Notes: generated from the sequence alone by a model not told the origin. 64,000 nucleotides of DNA from Thalassolituus hydrocarboniclasticus (GCF_025345565.1 NZ_CP054475.1:67845-131844); one strand, 5' to 3'. Positions 47,344 to 57,147 are shown, counted from the first letter of the stretch. Program-made: numbers and translations.

Positions 47344-48606
47344 ATGTCACAAGATTTCAAGCAAGCAGCTCTGGATTACCATCAGTTCCCTAAGCCGGGC
47401 AAAATCAGTGTTGAGCTGACCAAGCCTGCTCAGACCTCGCGTGATCTGTCACTGGCGTACAGCCCTGGTGTGGCCGAGCCCGTTAAGGAAATCGCTGCTG
47501 ATCCTGAAAACGCTTACAAGTACACCGCCAAAGGGAATCTGGTAGCTGTGATTTCCGACGGTACTGCAATTCTGGGTCTGGGTGATCTGGGTCCTCTGGC
47601 TTCCAAGCCGGTTATGGAAGGTAAAAGCCTGCTGTTCAAGCGCTTTGCCGGCGTAGACTCCATCGACATCGAAGTTGAGTCTGAAAGCCCACAGGCCTTT
47701 ATTGATACCGTCCGTCGCATCGCGATCACTTTCGGTGGCATCAACCTGGAAGACATCAAAGCACCAGAGTGTTTTGAAATTGAACGCACTCTGATCGAGC
47801 AGTGCGATATTCCGGTATTCCACGATGACCAGCACGGTACTGCGATCGTAACCGTTGCCGGTGCTCTGAATGCTCTGGAAATTGTTGGCAAGAAAGTCGA
47901 AGACGCCACTATGTGTGTGCTGGGTGCCGGCGCTGCAGCTATCTCCTGCACCAAGCTGCTGATCCTGGCAGGTATGAAGCCAGAAAACATCTTTATGTGT
48001 GACCGTAATGGTGTGATCCACTCCGGTCGTACCGACCTGAACCAGTACAAGCAGGCGTTCGCTGTTGAGACCGACAAGCGCACCGTGGATGATGCCCTGA
48101 ATGGCGCAGACATCTTCCTGGGTCTGTCTGGTCCTAACATGGTAACCGGCGAACAGATCAAGCTGATGGCTGAAAACCCAATCATCTTCGCCTGTGCTAA
48201 CCCGGTTCCGGAAATCATGCCGGAAATCGTTAAAGAAGTCCGCCCTGATGCCATCATGGCAACCGGCCGTTCTGACTACCCTAACCAGGTAAACAACGTA
48301 CTGGGCTTCCCATTCATCTTCCGTGGTGCTCTGGACGTACGTGCTAAGCGCATCAACGAAGAAATGAAGCTGGCTGCTGCCAAAGCACTGGCTGGCCTGG
48401 CAAAAGAGCCTGTAACTCAGGAAGTTCTGGATGCCTACGGTCTGGAATCTCTGGAATTCGGTCGTGAGTACATCATTCCTAAAGCCGTTGATACCCGTCT
48501 GCTGGGCGCAGTATCTTCAGCAGTGGCTCAGGCTGCGGTTGATACCGGTGTGGCACGTAAGCCATTCCCGGCTAACTACCCGCTGAAGACTCTGGCTGAT
48601 ATCTGA
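47344..48606 (+). CDS. NAD(P)-dependent malic enzyme (short, MaeB-N-domain-type, about 420 aa)
   Basis: Malic-enzyme motifs (…LAYSPGVA…VISDGTAILGLGDLG…FNDDQHGTAIV…GAGAAAI…). Confidence 0.85.
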   Translation: MSQDFKQAALDYHQFPKPGKISVELTKPAQTSRDLSLAYSPGVAEPVKEIAADPENAYKYTAKGNLVAVISDGTAILGLGDLGPLASKPVMEGKSLLFKRFAGVDSIDIEVESESPQAFIDTVRRIAITFGGINLEDIKAPECFEIERTLIEQCDIPVFHDDQHGTAIVTVAGALNALEIVGKKVEDATMCVLGAGAAAISCTKLLILAGMKPENIFMCDRNGVIHSGRTDLNQYKQAFAVETDKRTVDDALNGADIFLGLSGPNMVTGEQIKLMAENPIIFACANPVPEIMPEIVKEVRPDAIMATGRSDYPNQVNNVLGFPFIFRGALDVRAKRINEEMKLAAAKALAGLAKEPVTQEVLDAYGLESLEFGREYIIPKAVDTRLLGAVSSAVAQAAVDTGVARKPFPANYPLKTLADI

Positions 48607-48618
48607 GATATCTGCTCA

Positions 48619-48649
48619 TAAAAAAACCCGGCCATGCCGGGTTTTTTTA
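48619..48649 (+). terminator. Rho-independent terminator after the malic enzyme gene
   Basis: aaaaaaacccggccatgccgggtttttttat. Confidence 0.8.
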
Positions 48650-48692
48650 TGTCTGCGTTTTGCCTCTTACCGGAATATCGGCAGCGGGCAGG

Positions 48693-49487
48693 TCAGCGGA
48701 TCAGATAATCAGCCAGCAGGCGTTCATAGCGTTGCAGAATTTTATCCTGCTCGCCGCTGTCGATCAGGATTTCCATACCGATATCAAAGGCGTCGCGCAG
48801 CTGCTTGCTGTGGAACGCGGCATAGTAATAGGTTGGTTCAAACAGGTCGTGGTATTGGTATTGCTGCTGATAAACAGGGCTGTTCGGGTGGTTGCGGCGC
48901 AGCTGGCTGAGGTAATAACGGAAGATGGTCTGCTCCAGAATAATCACGTCGGTCTCACCACTAAACAGCGCCTCAACCTGTTTCTGCTGCTCGGCCAGCT
49001 CCTGATAGGCCGGGCTGCGTGCAGCCTCTGCGGCAAAATTATCCGGCAACAGCTGACTGGCCAGATTGAAGGCAGTAATACGGTAGTCTCCCAGGCTGGG
49101 GATATCGGTCAGGGACAGGTTGCGTTTACTCAGGCTGATGGCCACATTCTGGAACACGATTAATGGCTGGCGGGAAAACAGTGCGCCGGGAGAGGCGGAA
49201 GAGCTGGTAATGCAGGCGATATCCAGCTCGCCTTTATTAAAGGCGGCAATGTTATTGGCGTTACTGTTATAGCTGACGTTGATGGTTTTATTCTGTGTCT
49301 GCAGTGCCCGGCGCAGGATATCGAGCACAATGCCGCGTTCATTCTGGCGGATAACGTACGGGGGAATGGAGTCGCCACAGCCGACGCGCACAGATTCAGC
49401 ACTGTAAGCCGGAATGCTGAAAAAAGTCAGCATACTGACCATCAGGACTGGCAGTGCGTGTGAAAATAAGCGCAAAACAAACAACAT
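48693..49487 (-). CDS. Family-3 (amino-acid-type) periplasmic solute-binding protein. It is an orphan.
   Basis: Signal peptide. About 260 aa with bacterial extracellular SBP family 3 composition. No adjacent permease or ATPase. Confidence 0.55.
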   Translation of the reverse strand: MLFVLRLFSHALPVLMVSMLTFFSIPAYSAESVRVGCGDSIPPYVIRQNERGIVLDILRRALQTQNKTINVSYNSNANNIAAFNKGELDIACITSSSASPGALFSRQPLIVFQNVAISLSKRNLSLTDIPSLGDYRITAFNLASQLLPDNFAAEAARSPAYQELAEQQKQVEALFSGETDVIILEQTIFRYYLSQLRRNHPNSPVYQQQYQYHDLFEPTYYYAAFHSKQLRDAFDIGMEILIDSGEQDKILQRYERLLADYLIR

Positions 49488-49612
49488 AATCAGTCAACCC
49501 TGTCCGACAACAGCTTCAGGATAACCGGATTTATACGATTTGCACGTAGTGCCTGAGGATAAAACAGAAGGAAGGAGATGCCGGCCCTGAAGCAGAGCCG
49601 GCAGAACGGGCA

Positions 49613-51424
49613 TCAGCCTTTTTTGGCGCGCTTACGTTCGTTTTCGGTCAGGAACTTCTTACGCAGACGGATGCTGGTTGGGGTTACTTCCACCAGTTCG
49701 TCGTCTTCGATAAATTCCAGAGCCTGTTCCAGCGTGTGCTTAACCGGCGGTGTCAGGTTGATGGCTTCATCGGTACCTGATGCACGCACGTTAGTCAGCT
49801 GCTTGGCCTTGGTTGGGTTTACCACCAGGTCGTTGTCACGGCTGTGCAGACCAACGATCATGCCTTCGTACACTTCCAGACCCGGAGATACGAACAGACG
49901 GCCACGTTCCTGCAGGGTGAACAGGGCATAGCCCAGAATCTTACCCGGAACCATCGATACCAGTACGCCGTTGTGACGGGTAGAGGTCAGACCGGTCTGA
50001 ACCGGACCGTAATGGTCGAAGATGTTGGTCAGGATGCCGGTACCGGAAGTCATGGTCATAAACAGACCACGGAAACCGATCAGGCCACGGGCTGGCATGA
50101 TGAACTCAAGACGCACACGGCCTTTGCCATCCGGAACCATGTTGGTCATCTCGGCGCGACGGTTACCCATCTCTTCCATGATGGAACCCTGATGGTCTTC
50201 TTCGATATCGATCACAACCTGTTCGTAAGGCTCCTGGATCTCACCGTCGATTTCTTTCTGCACAACTTCCGGCTTGGAGATACCCATCTCGAAGCCTTCG
50301 CGGCGCATGGTTTCAATCAGAACGGACAGATGCAGTTCACCACGACCGGATACTTTGAATTTTTCCGGAGTGTCGCCTGGCTCAACACGCAGCGCCACGT
50401 TGTGGATCAGTTCTTTTTCCAGACGGTCTTTGATATTACGGCTGGTGACGAACTTACCTTCACGGCCAGCGAACGGAGAGTCGTTCACCTGGAAGGTCAT
50501 GGATACGGTTGGCTCATCCACGGTCAGTGCTGGTAATGCTTCTACTTTAGAAGGATCACACAGAGTGTCGGAGATGCTCAGGCCGTCGATACCGGAAATA
50601 CAGACGATGTCGCCGGCATTGGCTTCGGTAACCGGTACGCGCTGCAGGCCATGGAAGCCTTTAACTTCCAGTACGCGGCCCTTGCGGGTTTTACCTTCGG
50701 CAGAGATGATCTGTACATCGGTCCCTGGCTTCAGTTTGCCGCGGGCGATACGGCCAACACCGATAACGCCGACGTAGCTGTCGTAATCCAGAGCGGAAAT
50801 CTGCATCTGGAACGGACCGTCAAGGTCAACCGGTGGCGGAGATACGTGATCAACGATCATCTGGAACAGGGGAGACATGTCGTCTGCCATATTGTCAGGA
50901 TCCAGACCAGCGATACCATTCAGGGCAGAGGCATATACGACCGGGAAGTCGAGCTGTTCTTCGGTTGCGCCGAGGCGGTCGAACAGGTCGAAGATTTCGT
51001 CCATTACCCAGTCAGGACGGGCGCCCGGGCGGTCGATTTTGTTAATAACCACGATCGGGCGCAGGCCACGTTCGAAGGCTTTCTGGGTTACGAAGCGGGT
51101 CTGCGGCATCGGACCGTCAACGGCGTCTACCAGCAGGCAGACGGAGTCAACCATCGACATAACCCGTTCCACTTCACCACCGAAGTCGGCGTGTCCTGGG
51201 GTGTCAACGATGTTGATGCGGTAGTCGTTCCATTTAATAGCGGTATTCTTCGCCAGAATGGTAATACCACGCTCTTTTTCCTGGTCGTTGGAGTCCATGA
51301 CCCGCTCGCCGCCCTGATCTTTGCGGTCCAGAGTGCCGGACTGCTCGAGCAGTTTGTCGACCAGGGTGGTTTTGCCATGGTCAACGTGCGCGATGATGGC
51401 GATGTTTCTGAGGTTGTCGATCAC
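49613..51424 (-). CDS. typA: Translational GTPase TypA/BipA. The start is probably the GTG at 51424 (…[23 protein letters not shown]…).
   Basis: Near-identity to E. coli BipA through the G-domain ([32 protein letters not shown]). Divergent from glnA, as in E. coli. Confidence 0.9.
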   Translation of the reverse strand: MIDNLRNIAIIAHVDHGKTTLVDKLLEQSGTLDRKDQGGERVMDSNDQEKERGITILAKNTAIKWNDYRINIVDTPGHADFGGEVERVMSMVDSVCLLVDAVDGPMPQTRFVTQKAFERGLRPIVVINKIDRPGARPDWVMDEIFDLFDRLGATEEQLDFPVVYASALNGIAGLDPDNMADDMSPLFQMIVDHVSPPPVDLDGPFQMQISALDYDSYVGVIGVGRIARGKLKPGTDVQIISAEGKTRKGRVLEVKGFHGLQRVPVTEANAGDIVCISGIDGLSISDTLCDPSKVEALPALTVDEPTVSMTFQVNDSPFAGREGKFVTSRNIKDRLEKELIHNVALRVEPGDTPEKFKVSGRGELHLSVLIETMRREGFEMGISKPEVVQKEIDGEIQEPYEQVVIDIEEDHQGSIMEEMGNRRAEMTNMVPDGKGRVRLEFIMPARGLIGFRGLFMTMTSGTGILTNIFDHYGPVQTGLTSTRHNGVLVSMVPGKILGYALFTLQERGRLFVSPGLEVYEGMIVGLHSRDNDLVVNPTKAKQLTNVRASGTDEAINLTPPVKHTLEQALEFIEDDELVEVTPTSIRLRKKFLTENERKRAKKG

Positions 51425-51664
51425 AAGAATGGCCTTGGTGAAAGTTTGTACAAAAAATGAGGCGCGATTATACCTGAAACGGGTCGTCAGCGTGACATCA
51501 ATTTCGCAGCGGTAAGCATATTCTGCGGACATTTCTGCCAGCGTTAATCAGGGTATAAATGAAAGCGCTGTTTTTGTGCCGAATCCCATGTACTGCGGCG
51601 TTCAAGTGAACCTATAATGTGCAGGCTTGTACTGACTAGCGTATTCACCTCATGCCATCGCGCT

Positions 51665-51715
51665 AAAATGGTGCACTTGGTTCAGGTTGTGATTTATTTT
51701 GGTGCAGTGAGTGCC
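51665..51715 (+). promoter_or_regulatory. Candidate NtrC enhancer half-sites (two TGGTGCA motifs) upstream of glnA
   Basis: aaaatGGTGCActtggttcaggttgtgatttattttGGTGCAgtgagtgcc; only a partial match to the TGCACC-N5-GGTGCA consensus. Confidence 0.35.
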
Positions 51716-51767
51716 TGTTTGTTGTTTTGCAGCCCTGATTTCATGCGGGCTTCGCCATAAGATAAAA

Positions 51768-51783
51768 TGGCACACTACTTGCT
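51768..51783 (+). promoter_or_regulatory. Sigma-54 (-24/-12) promoter of glnA (glnAp2-like): TGGCAC-actac-TTGCT
   Basis: Read directly. Spacing and GG/GC dinucleotides match the RpoN consensus TGGCAC-N5-TTGC(A/T). It is about 70 bp upstream of the glnA ATG. Confidence 0.65.
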
Positions 51784-51852
51784 CCAATACTGAGCATGGC
51801 AAGCCGGGGCTAAACCCCGTATCAAGTTGAACCAGCATCTGGAGACAGTAAG

Positions 51853-53259
51853 ATGTCAGAGAACACTCTGAATTTAATCAAAGAAAACGATGTAAAGTGG
51901 GTTGATCTGCGCTTTACCGATTTCAAGGGCAAAGAACAGCACGTTACTATTCCTGCGCGTTATGTAGACGAAGATTTCTTCGAAACCGGACAGATGTTCG
52001 ACGGTTCTTCTATTTCCGGCTGGAAAGGCATTAACGAATCCGACATGATCCTGCGTCCGGATGACAGCACCAGCTTCCTGGACCCATTCACCGAAGACGC
52101 CACTCTGGTACTGCGTTGCGACATCATCGAGCCTGCCACTATGCAGGGTTATGACCGTGACCCACGCTCTGTAGCACTGCGCGCTGAAGAGTACCTGAAG
52201 TCTACTGGTCTGGGTGATACTGCATTCTTCGGTCCAGAGCCAGAATTCTTCATGTTTGACGACGTTCGCTGGGGCTCTGACATGTCCGGCAGCTTCTGCA
52301 AAATCAACTCTTCCGAAGCAGCCTGGAACACTGAGACTGTGATGGAAGGCGGCAACCTGGGTCACCGTCCACGCGTTAAAGGCGGTTACTTCCCGGTTCC
52401 TCCGGTAGACAGCCACCACGATATCCGTGCGGCCATGTGTAACACTCTGGAAGCGATCGGTCTGGACGTTGAAGTTCACCACCACGAAGTGGCGAACGCC
52501 GGTCAGAACGAAATCGGTGTTAAGTTCAACACTCTGGTTAAGAAAGCTGACGAAGTGCAGATGCTGAAATACGTTATCCATAACGTTGCAGCAGCTTACG
52601 GCAAAACTGCTACCTTCATGCCTAAGCCAATCTGTGGTGATAACGGTTCCGGTATGCACGTTCACATGTCTTACTGGAAAGACGGCGTAAACCAGTTCGC
52701 TGGTGACGGCTATGCCGGCCTGTCTGAAACTGCCCTGTTCTACATCGGCGGTATCATCAAGCACGCTAAGTCCCTGAACGCGTTCACCAACCCAGGTACT
52801 AACTCTTACAAGCGTCTGATCCCAGGCTTCGAAGCTCCGGTAATGCTGGCTTACTCTGCCCGTAACCGTTCTGCTTCTATCCGTATTCCTTACGTTGCGT
52901 CTCCAAAAGGCAAGCGTATCGAAGCACGTTTCCCGGATCCGATTGCTAACCCATACCTGGCTTTCGCAGCTCTGCTGATGGCTGGTCTGGACGGCGTTAA
53001 GAACAAGATCCACCCTGGCGATGCAGCTGACAAAGATCTGTACGATCTGCCAGCTGAAGAAGCAGCCAAGATTCCACAGGTTTGTGGCTCTCTGCGTGAA
53101 GCTCTGGACAGCCTGAAAGCTGACCATGAGTACCTGACTGCAGGCGGCGTATTCAGCAAGGATATGATCGAAGCTTACATCGACCTGAAGATGGAAGAAG
53201 TTTACCGCGTTGAGCACACCACTCACCCGGTTGAATACGATATGTACTACAGCGTGTAA
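51853..53259 (+). CDS. glnA: Glutamine synthetase type I
   Basis: Classic GlnA sequence, including the adenylylation-site region (…NLYDLP…) and Mn/ATP-binding motifs (GSGMHVHMS, …). Confidence 0.95.
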   Translation: MSENTLNLIKENDVKWVDLRFTDFKGKEQHVTIPARYVDEDFFETGQMFDGSSISGWKGINESDMILRPDDSTSFLDPFTEDATLVLRCDIIEPATMQGYDRDPRSVALRAEEYLKSTGLGDTAFFGPEPEFFMFDDVRWGSDMSGSFCKINSSEAAWNTETVMEGGNLGHRPRVKGGYFPVPPVDSHHDIRAAMCNTLEAIGLDVEVHHHEVANAGQNEIGVKFNTLVKKADEVQMLKYVIHNVAAAYGKTATFMPKPICGDNGSGMHVHMSYWKDGVNQFAGDGYAGLSETALFYIGGIIKHAKSLNAFTNPGTNSYKRLIPGFEAPVMLAYSARNRSASIRIPYVASPKGKRIEARFPDPIANPYLAFAALLMAGLDGVKNKIHPGDAADKDLYDLPAEEAAKIPQVCGSLREALDSLKADHEYLTAGGVFSKDMIEAYIDLKMEEVYRVEHTTHPVEYDMYYSV

Positions 53260-53277
53260 TACGCTTTAGTCAGATCG

Positions 53278-53306
53278 GAAAAAGGGCTCTTCGGAGCCCT
53301 TTTTTA
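53278..53306 (+). terminator. Rho-independent terminator after glnA
   Basis: aaaaagggctcttcggagcccttttttatt. Confidence 0.8.
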
Positions 53307-53379
53307 TTGCTGTTTTGCGGCTGGTTAAGCTGTTGTTGTGGGTTATTTAGTCTCTAACGGCAAGGGTGGCTAGGCATCG

Positions 53380-54399
53380 TTGCTGTCAGCGCCTAGTATG
53401 TCGGTGTTATTTCCCGGAGAACTGAATGTGAGTCTGAGCTGGAGTAAGAACGGTCTGGTTTCTGCCCTTAAACCAATGGACTGGCAGTTTCGTGAGCCGG
53501 CCTCTGGTGCGCAAATGGATGCTTATCTGCAGATGTACCGGCTGGACTTTCCAGAGCTGAGTGGCGTGCGTCATTTTGCCGGGCTGATGCAGGCGGCGGA
53601 CTATCAGATTGCCGTACAGGTATGGCGTCCGCAGAACCCGCGCGGTACAGCGATCGTTGTCCATGGCTACTACGACCATGTTGGTTTGTACGGGTCACTG
53701 ATCGGTTTCTGTCTGCAGCAGGGGCTGAATGTGGTGGCCTATGATTTGCCCGGGCACGGATTATCCAGCGGCGAGAGCGCATCCATCGGCAGTTTCCAGG
53801 AATACGACGAAGTGTTCAGCCTGATTCTGCAGCGTACCCGTGGTGGTCTTGGTGGCCCGTTGTATGTCTTCGGTCAGAGTACCGGAGGCGCCATCATTAT
53901 TAACTATCTGCTTAAGCGTCAGCTGAGCAAAGCACAATCTCCTTTTGCCGGTATTACCCTGATGGCTCCTCTGGTGCGCCCGAAAGGCTGGTACAGAGGG
54001 CGGCTGGTGCATTCCTTTGTCAGTCTGTTTCTGCGTCAGGTACGGCGCAAGTTTAATCCGAACTCTGCCGACGCTGAATTTCTGCGTTTTATCGCCGAGA
54101 GCGATCCGCTGCAGCCTCATCATCTCAGTGTGCGCTGGGTCGGAGCACTGAAGCAGTGGGTTCCTTATATTGAAGCGCTGCCTGCTTCTGAGCTGGAAGT
54201 GAATATCGTGCAGGGTGACAACGACAACACCGTCGCCTGGCGCCATAACCTGAAGCTGCTGGCGCAGAAGTTTCCCCATCAGCGTCTGATGATGTTGCCC
54301 GGTGGTCAGCACCATCTGGTGAATGAGTCGCCGCAGCACAGAGAGCAGATCTATCGTCAGCTGGCGGAATGGTTGCTGTCCGATAAGAACCCGGCCTGA
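53380..54399 (+). CDS. Alpha/beta-hydrolase (lysophospholipase/monoglyceride-lipase-like). The start is uncertain (GTG 53426 has the best RBS).
   Basis: HG oxyanion motif (VVHGYYDHVG). Nucleophile elbow GQSTGG. C-terminal Asp/His region (…GDNDNTV…GGQHHL…). Confidence 0.7.
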   Translation: MLSAPSMSVLFPGELNVSLSWSKNGLVSALKPMDWQFREPASGAQMDAYLQMYRLDFPELSGVRHFAGLMQAADYQIAVQVWRPQNPRGTAIVVHGYYDHVGLYGSLIGFCLQQGLNVVAYDLPGHGLSSGESASIGSFQEYDEVFSLILQRTRGGLGGPLYVFGQSTGGAIIINYLLKRQLSKAQSPFAGITLMAPLVRPKGWYRGRLVHSFVSLFLRQVRRKFNPNSADAEFLRFIAESDPLQPHHLSVRWVGALKQWVPYIEALPASELEVNIVQGDNDNTVAWRHNLKLLAQKFPHQRLMMLPGGQHHLVNESPQHREQIYRQLAEWLLSDKNPA

Positions 54400-54524
54400 T
54401 TTCCGACTTTTGCCAGATTGACCTGAATTGTCCTAAGTGTATAACTCTCCGCTGCGTACTATCGCGCAAAAGGCCAATGGCTGTGATTCCTCAGGCAAGG
54501 AAGCCTGTACAGCAGGAGAATGAC

Positions 54525-54968
54525 ATGGACACGCGTCTGGACAGTAATAAAAAGCTGGTGCACAACTTTGTTGAGCTGACCTGGAATCAGGGACGCTTTA
54601 ATCTGGCACGTTCGCTGGTTGCCCGCGATTTCACCTATTATGCGAGCATGGTCAATATGCCACTTAACCTGGATGGCATGGAGACCCTGATCCAGACCAT
54701 CCGCAACTCTATGGACGATTTTTCCATCGGGGTTGAAGAGGTGGTGTGTGAGGGCAATCTGGTGGTCACCCAATCGACCTTCAGTGGCACGCTGGTGCGT
54801 CCGCTGATGGGCTTTGAGCCTGTGGATAAGGTCATTGCCCTGCATGCAGCTACCTTCTGGCAGGTGCGCCACGGCATGATTCAGTCGGGTAACTCTTTGC
54901 TCGACACCGCTGACCTGTTTCATCAGGTGCGTAAAATCATGACACCCAATGCCGCGGCGGCGTTCTGA
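54525..54968 (+). CDS. SnoaL-like/ester-cyclase family protein (NTF2-like fold)
   Basis: RBS aggagaATGacATG. About 147 aa. Motifs typical of the ester cyclase family (…KKLVHNFVELTWNQGRFNLARSLVARDFTYY…FWQVRHGMIQ…). Confidence 0.55.
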   Translation: MDTRLDSNKKLVHNFVELTWNQGRFNLARSLVARDFTYYASMVNMPLNLDGMETLIQTIRNSMDDFSIGVEEVVCEGNLVVTQSTFSGTLVRPLMGFEPVDKVIALHAATFWQVRHGMIQSGNSLLDTADLFHQVRKIMTPNAAAAF

Positions 54969-54969
54969 G

Positions 54970-55248
54970 CTATTTACGGAAGTGGCTGAGTAAGTCCTGC
55001 GCCATTTCCCTGATCGCCTCGCGGATACTCATTGTATTGCGCGGATTATGACTGCCATCGCAGTAGGGCATGGCCTCACTGCGTCCGCAGCTGCACAACC
55101 ACACCAGTTGCTTCTGATCGCTGTGCAGGCTCAGCGGCCGGGGACAGTTGTCGGCGGCAAACGGCGCGCTGCTGCAGCGTCCGCACTGACAGATCTGATA
55201 GCTCTGATCCGCATTCAGCGTGACCACGTGGGGCGTTATTTCATTCAT
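54970..55248 (-). CDS. CDGSH-type iron-sulfur domain protein (two CDGSH-like repeats). The start is reassigned to MNEITPH….
   Basis: Canonical motif WLCSCGRSEAMPYCDGSH, plus a degenerate first copy YQICQCGRCSSAPFAADNC. The start ATG overlaps the EVE gene stop (ATGAATGA). Confidence 0.65.
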   Translation of the reverse strand: MNEITPHVVTLNADQSYQICQCGRCSSAPFAADNCPRPLSLHSDQKQLVWLCSCGRSEAMPYCDGSHNPRNTMSIREAIREMAQDLLSHFRK

Positions 55249-55720
55249 GGAAATGTCCGTCGTCTGCGGCCAGATGCAGAATATGCGACCACTCTTCTGC
55301 CCGTATCGGCTGGACGGAGAGGCGTGAGCGGTTGAGCAGTGCCATTTCCTGCAGTGCACTGTCTTTGCGCATATCTTTCAGCGTAATGGGATGTTTGAGG
55401 GCGCGCAGGGCTTCGACCTCAATGGTGATCCAGCGCGGGTTGGTCGGGTCCGATTTCGCATCAAAATAATCCGAGGCCGGATCAAACTGCGACGGATCGG
55501 CGAGACCGGTGCGGGTTACCCGGCAGACGCCGACAATGGCCGGCTCTTTGCAGCTGGAATGGTAGAAAAACACCAGATCTGCGACCTGGATCTCATCCCG
55601 CAGTATGTTTCGCGCTTGATAATTGCGCACGCCGTCCCATACTGTGCGCCTGCCTGGTGCGGCCTCAAGATGATAATAACTAAAAACGTCCGGTTCAGAT
55701 TTCAGTAACCAGTGATTCAT
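55241..55720 (-). CDS. EVE-domain (PUA-like, DUF55) protein
   Basis: MNHWLLKSEPDVFSY…GVRNYQARNILRDEIQVADLVFFYHSS…AIVGVCRV… is the typical EVE signature. Confidence 0.75.
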   Translation of the reverse strand: MNHWLLKSEPDVFSYYHLEAAPGRRTVWDGVRNYQARNILRDEIQVADLVFFYHSSCKEPAIVGVCRVTRTGLADPSQFDPASDYFDAKSDPTNPRWITIEVEALRALKHPITLKDMRKDSALQEMALLNRSRLSVQPIRAEEWSHILHLAADDGHFHE

Positions 55721-55853
55721 ATTTTCTGACTATAAAGTGGTCTGAGTATTGCTCATGCCAAATGCGCGCTTACAGAGCAGTGAGCGGTCAGAGTAGCATC
55801 CAATGAACACAGGTTCTAATCCGCAAGCCGGAATGCAGTAGGAACAAACAGCA

Positions 55854-55979
55854 ATGAAAAAACCCGATATTCTGATTCTTCTCAGCGTGATTGTACTGTT
55901 AGGTGCAGCGGTGACCGGTATGACCAGCGAGGTCAAGCGTCCGGCGTCACTGATGACGATGGAAAACAGTATCCGCTAG
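55854..55979 (+). CDS. Possible small membrane protein (41 aa: MKKPDILILLSVIVLLGAAVTGMTSEVKRPASLMTMENSIR)
   Basis: ATG with an upstream agga. One predicted TM helix. Sits in a 134-bp gap between the EVE gene and ygfA. No conservation evidence is available. Confidence 0.25.
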   Translation: MKKPDILILLSVIVLLGAAVTGMTSEVKRPASLMTMENSIR

Positions 55980-56563
55980 GATTGGCGGAAGCGATGCAGC
56001 CCTGCATCAGTGGCAATCGCCGCGAGGGGAATATCCCAGTCTTCAGCGGGTAAATCCCCGACCTTTTGCAGTTCATAGGCACAGCCAATCAGCCGGGGTT
56101 TGTTTCCGGGCTGGCGGCTGAAGGCCAGTGTGCGGTCGTAAAAGCCGCCACCCATTCCCAGCCGGTTGCCACTCTCATCGAAGGCAACCAACGGCATACA
56201 GATCAGATTGATAAAACGTGCCGGCATCGCCCGGTGGCTGGCAAAGTCTGGCTCGCTGATACCAAAACGGTTTTTCACCATGCGGCTTTGGCGGTTAAAG
56301 GGCAGAAAGCTCAGGTGTCCTTTGCGCAGCGGGTGCAGCACCGGCAGGTAGAGGGTTTTGCCACGGCGCTGTAAGTCGCGGATAAAGACCGAGGTATCAA
56401 TCTCGCCATCATTGGTTAAATACACGGCAATATGACGCGAATGCTGAAAGTGCGTGGACTGACGCAGAGAGTGCAGTAGCTGCTGTGCGGCCTGCTGACG
56501 CTGGCGGCGGTTAAGCGCGCGGCGCTGGCGGCGCATATGCCGGCGGAGTTCGGTTTTATTCAT
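55976..56563 (-). CDS. ygfA: 5-formyltetrahydrofolate cyclo-ligase (YgfA). The start is reassigned to MNKTELRR….
   Basis: 5-FCL family motifs (…IAVYLTNDGEIDT…GMGGGFYDRTLA…). It lies downstream of ssrS, as in E. coli. Confidence 0.85.
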   Translation of the reverse strand: MNKTELRRHMRRQRRALNRRQRQQAAQQLLHSLRQSTHFQHSRHIAVYLTNDGEIDTSVFIRDLQRRGKTLYLPVLHPLRKGHLSFLPFNRQSRMVKNRFGISEPDFASHRAMPARFINLICMPLVAFDESGNRLGMGGGFYDRTLAFSRQPGNKPRLIGCAYELQKVGDLPAEDWDIPLAAIATDAGLHRFRQS

Positions 56564-56577
56564 CGGAATTAAACGCA

Positions 56578-56790
56578 GAAATCGGAAGGGCTCCCCACTG
56601 TGCCGCTGTCGTAAATAAAGGCCTTGAACCCTGTGGTCCAAGGTGGCAGGCCAGACACTGAATCAGGCTTTCCGTCGGGCGGACATGCGCACATCAGCGA
56701 GTGAAACCTTCCATAAAAAAGTGCATCGGCTCAGGACTTTATCGACTGGCAAACACCCCAGGGAGCAGGCGAAGTATATCAGAGATCATT
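56578..56790 (-). ncRNA. ssrS: 6S RNA (SsrS). Ends are approximate.
   Basis: Minus-strand sequence contains conserved 6S blocks: GCCAGUC…GUCCUGAGCCGAU (compare E. coli GGGCCAGUCCCCUGAGCCGAU), GCAUGUCCGCCCGACGGAAAGCCUGAUU, and CACCUUGGACCACAGGGUUCAAGG (compare CACCUUGAACCAAGGGUUCAAGG). The location between zapA and ygfA matches the E. coli zapA–ssrS–ygfA operon. Confidence 0.65.
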
Positions 56791-56832
56791 ATGAAAAAAT
56801 GAGGATTTTGTAATGAATACTGCGCCACAGAA

Positions 56833-57147
56833 TTACAGCTCGAGCTGCAGATCCTGTTCCAGGGCTTCGTCGATGGCGGCGTTCATTTTGCTCAGGTCGC
56901 GCTTCATCTGCAGGTTTTCGGCCTCCAGTTCACGCAGCTGGTGGGCGATATTCAGCGCGGCGATAACCGCCACACGATCGGTGCCCAGCACTTTACCGGC
57001 GGAGGAACCGGCGTTCTTTATTTCGGACATTTTCTCGTTGAGATAACGCGCTGCATCGCGCAGTTTTTCTTCTGCGCCATCGGGACAGTTGATGCGGTAC
57101 TCGCGGTCGAGAATCAGTAATTCCAGGGTTTTGGACGGGTTAGCCAC
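56833..57147 (-). CDS. zapA: Cell-division protein ZapA, with a GTG start overlapping the upstream gene stop
   Basis: Aligns with E. coli ZapA (…ILDREYRINCPDGAEEKLRDAARYLNEKM…VAVIAALNIAHQL…). Confidence 0.85.
   Translation of the reverse strand: MANPSKTLELLILDREYRINCPDGAEEKLRDAARYLNEKMSEIKNAGSSAGKVLGTDRVAVIAALNIAHQLRELEAENLQMKRDLSKMNAAIDEALEQDLQLEL

Noticed and set aside
47449-48257. Minus-strand ORFs (190 aa, 247 aa) inside the malic enzyme gene
   Set aside because: Antisense frames. The malic enzyme assignment is secure.
49844-51460. Plus-strand ORFs (230 aa, 167 aa, 269 aa, 115 aa) within typA
   Set aside because: Antisense to the TypA/BipA GTPase.
51874-53226. 450-aa minus-strand ORF spanning glnA
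   Set aside because: Antisense to glutamine synthetase.
53761-54339. 192-aa minus-strand ORF inside the alpha/beta-hydrolase gene
   Set aside because: Antisense. No start context.
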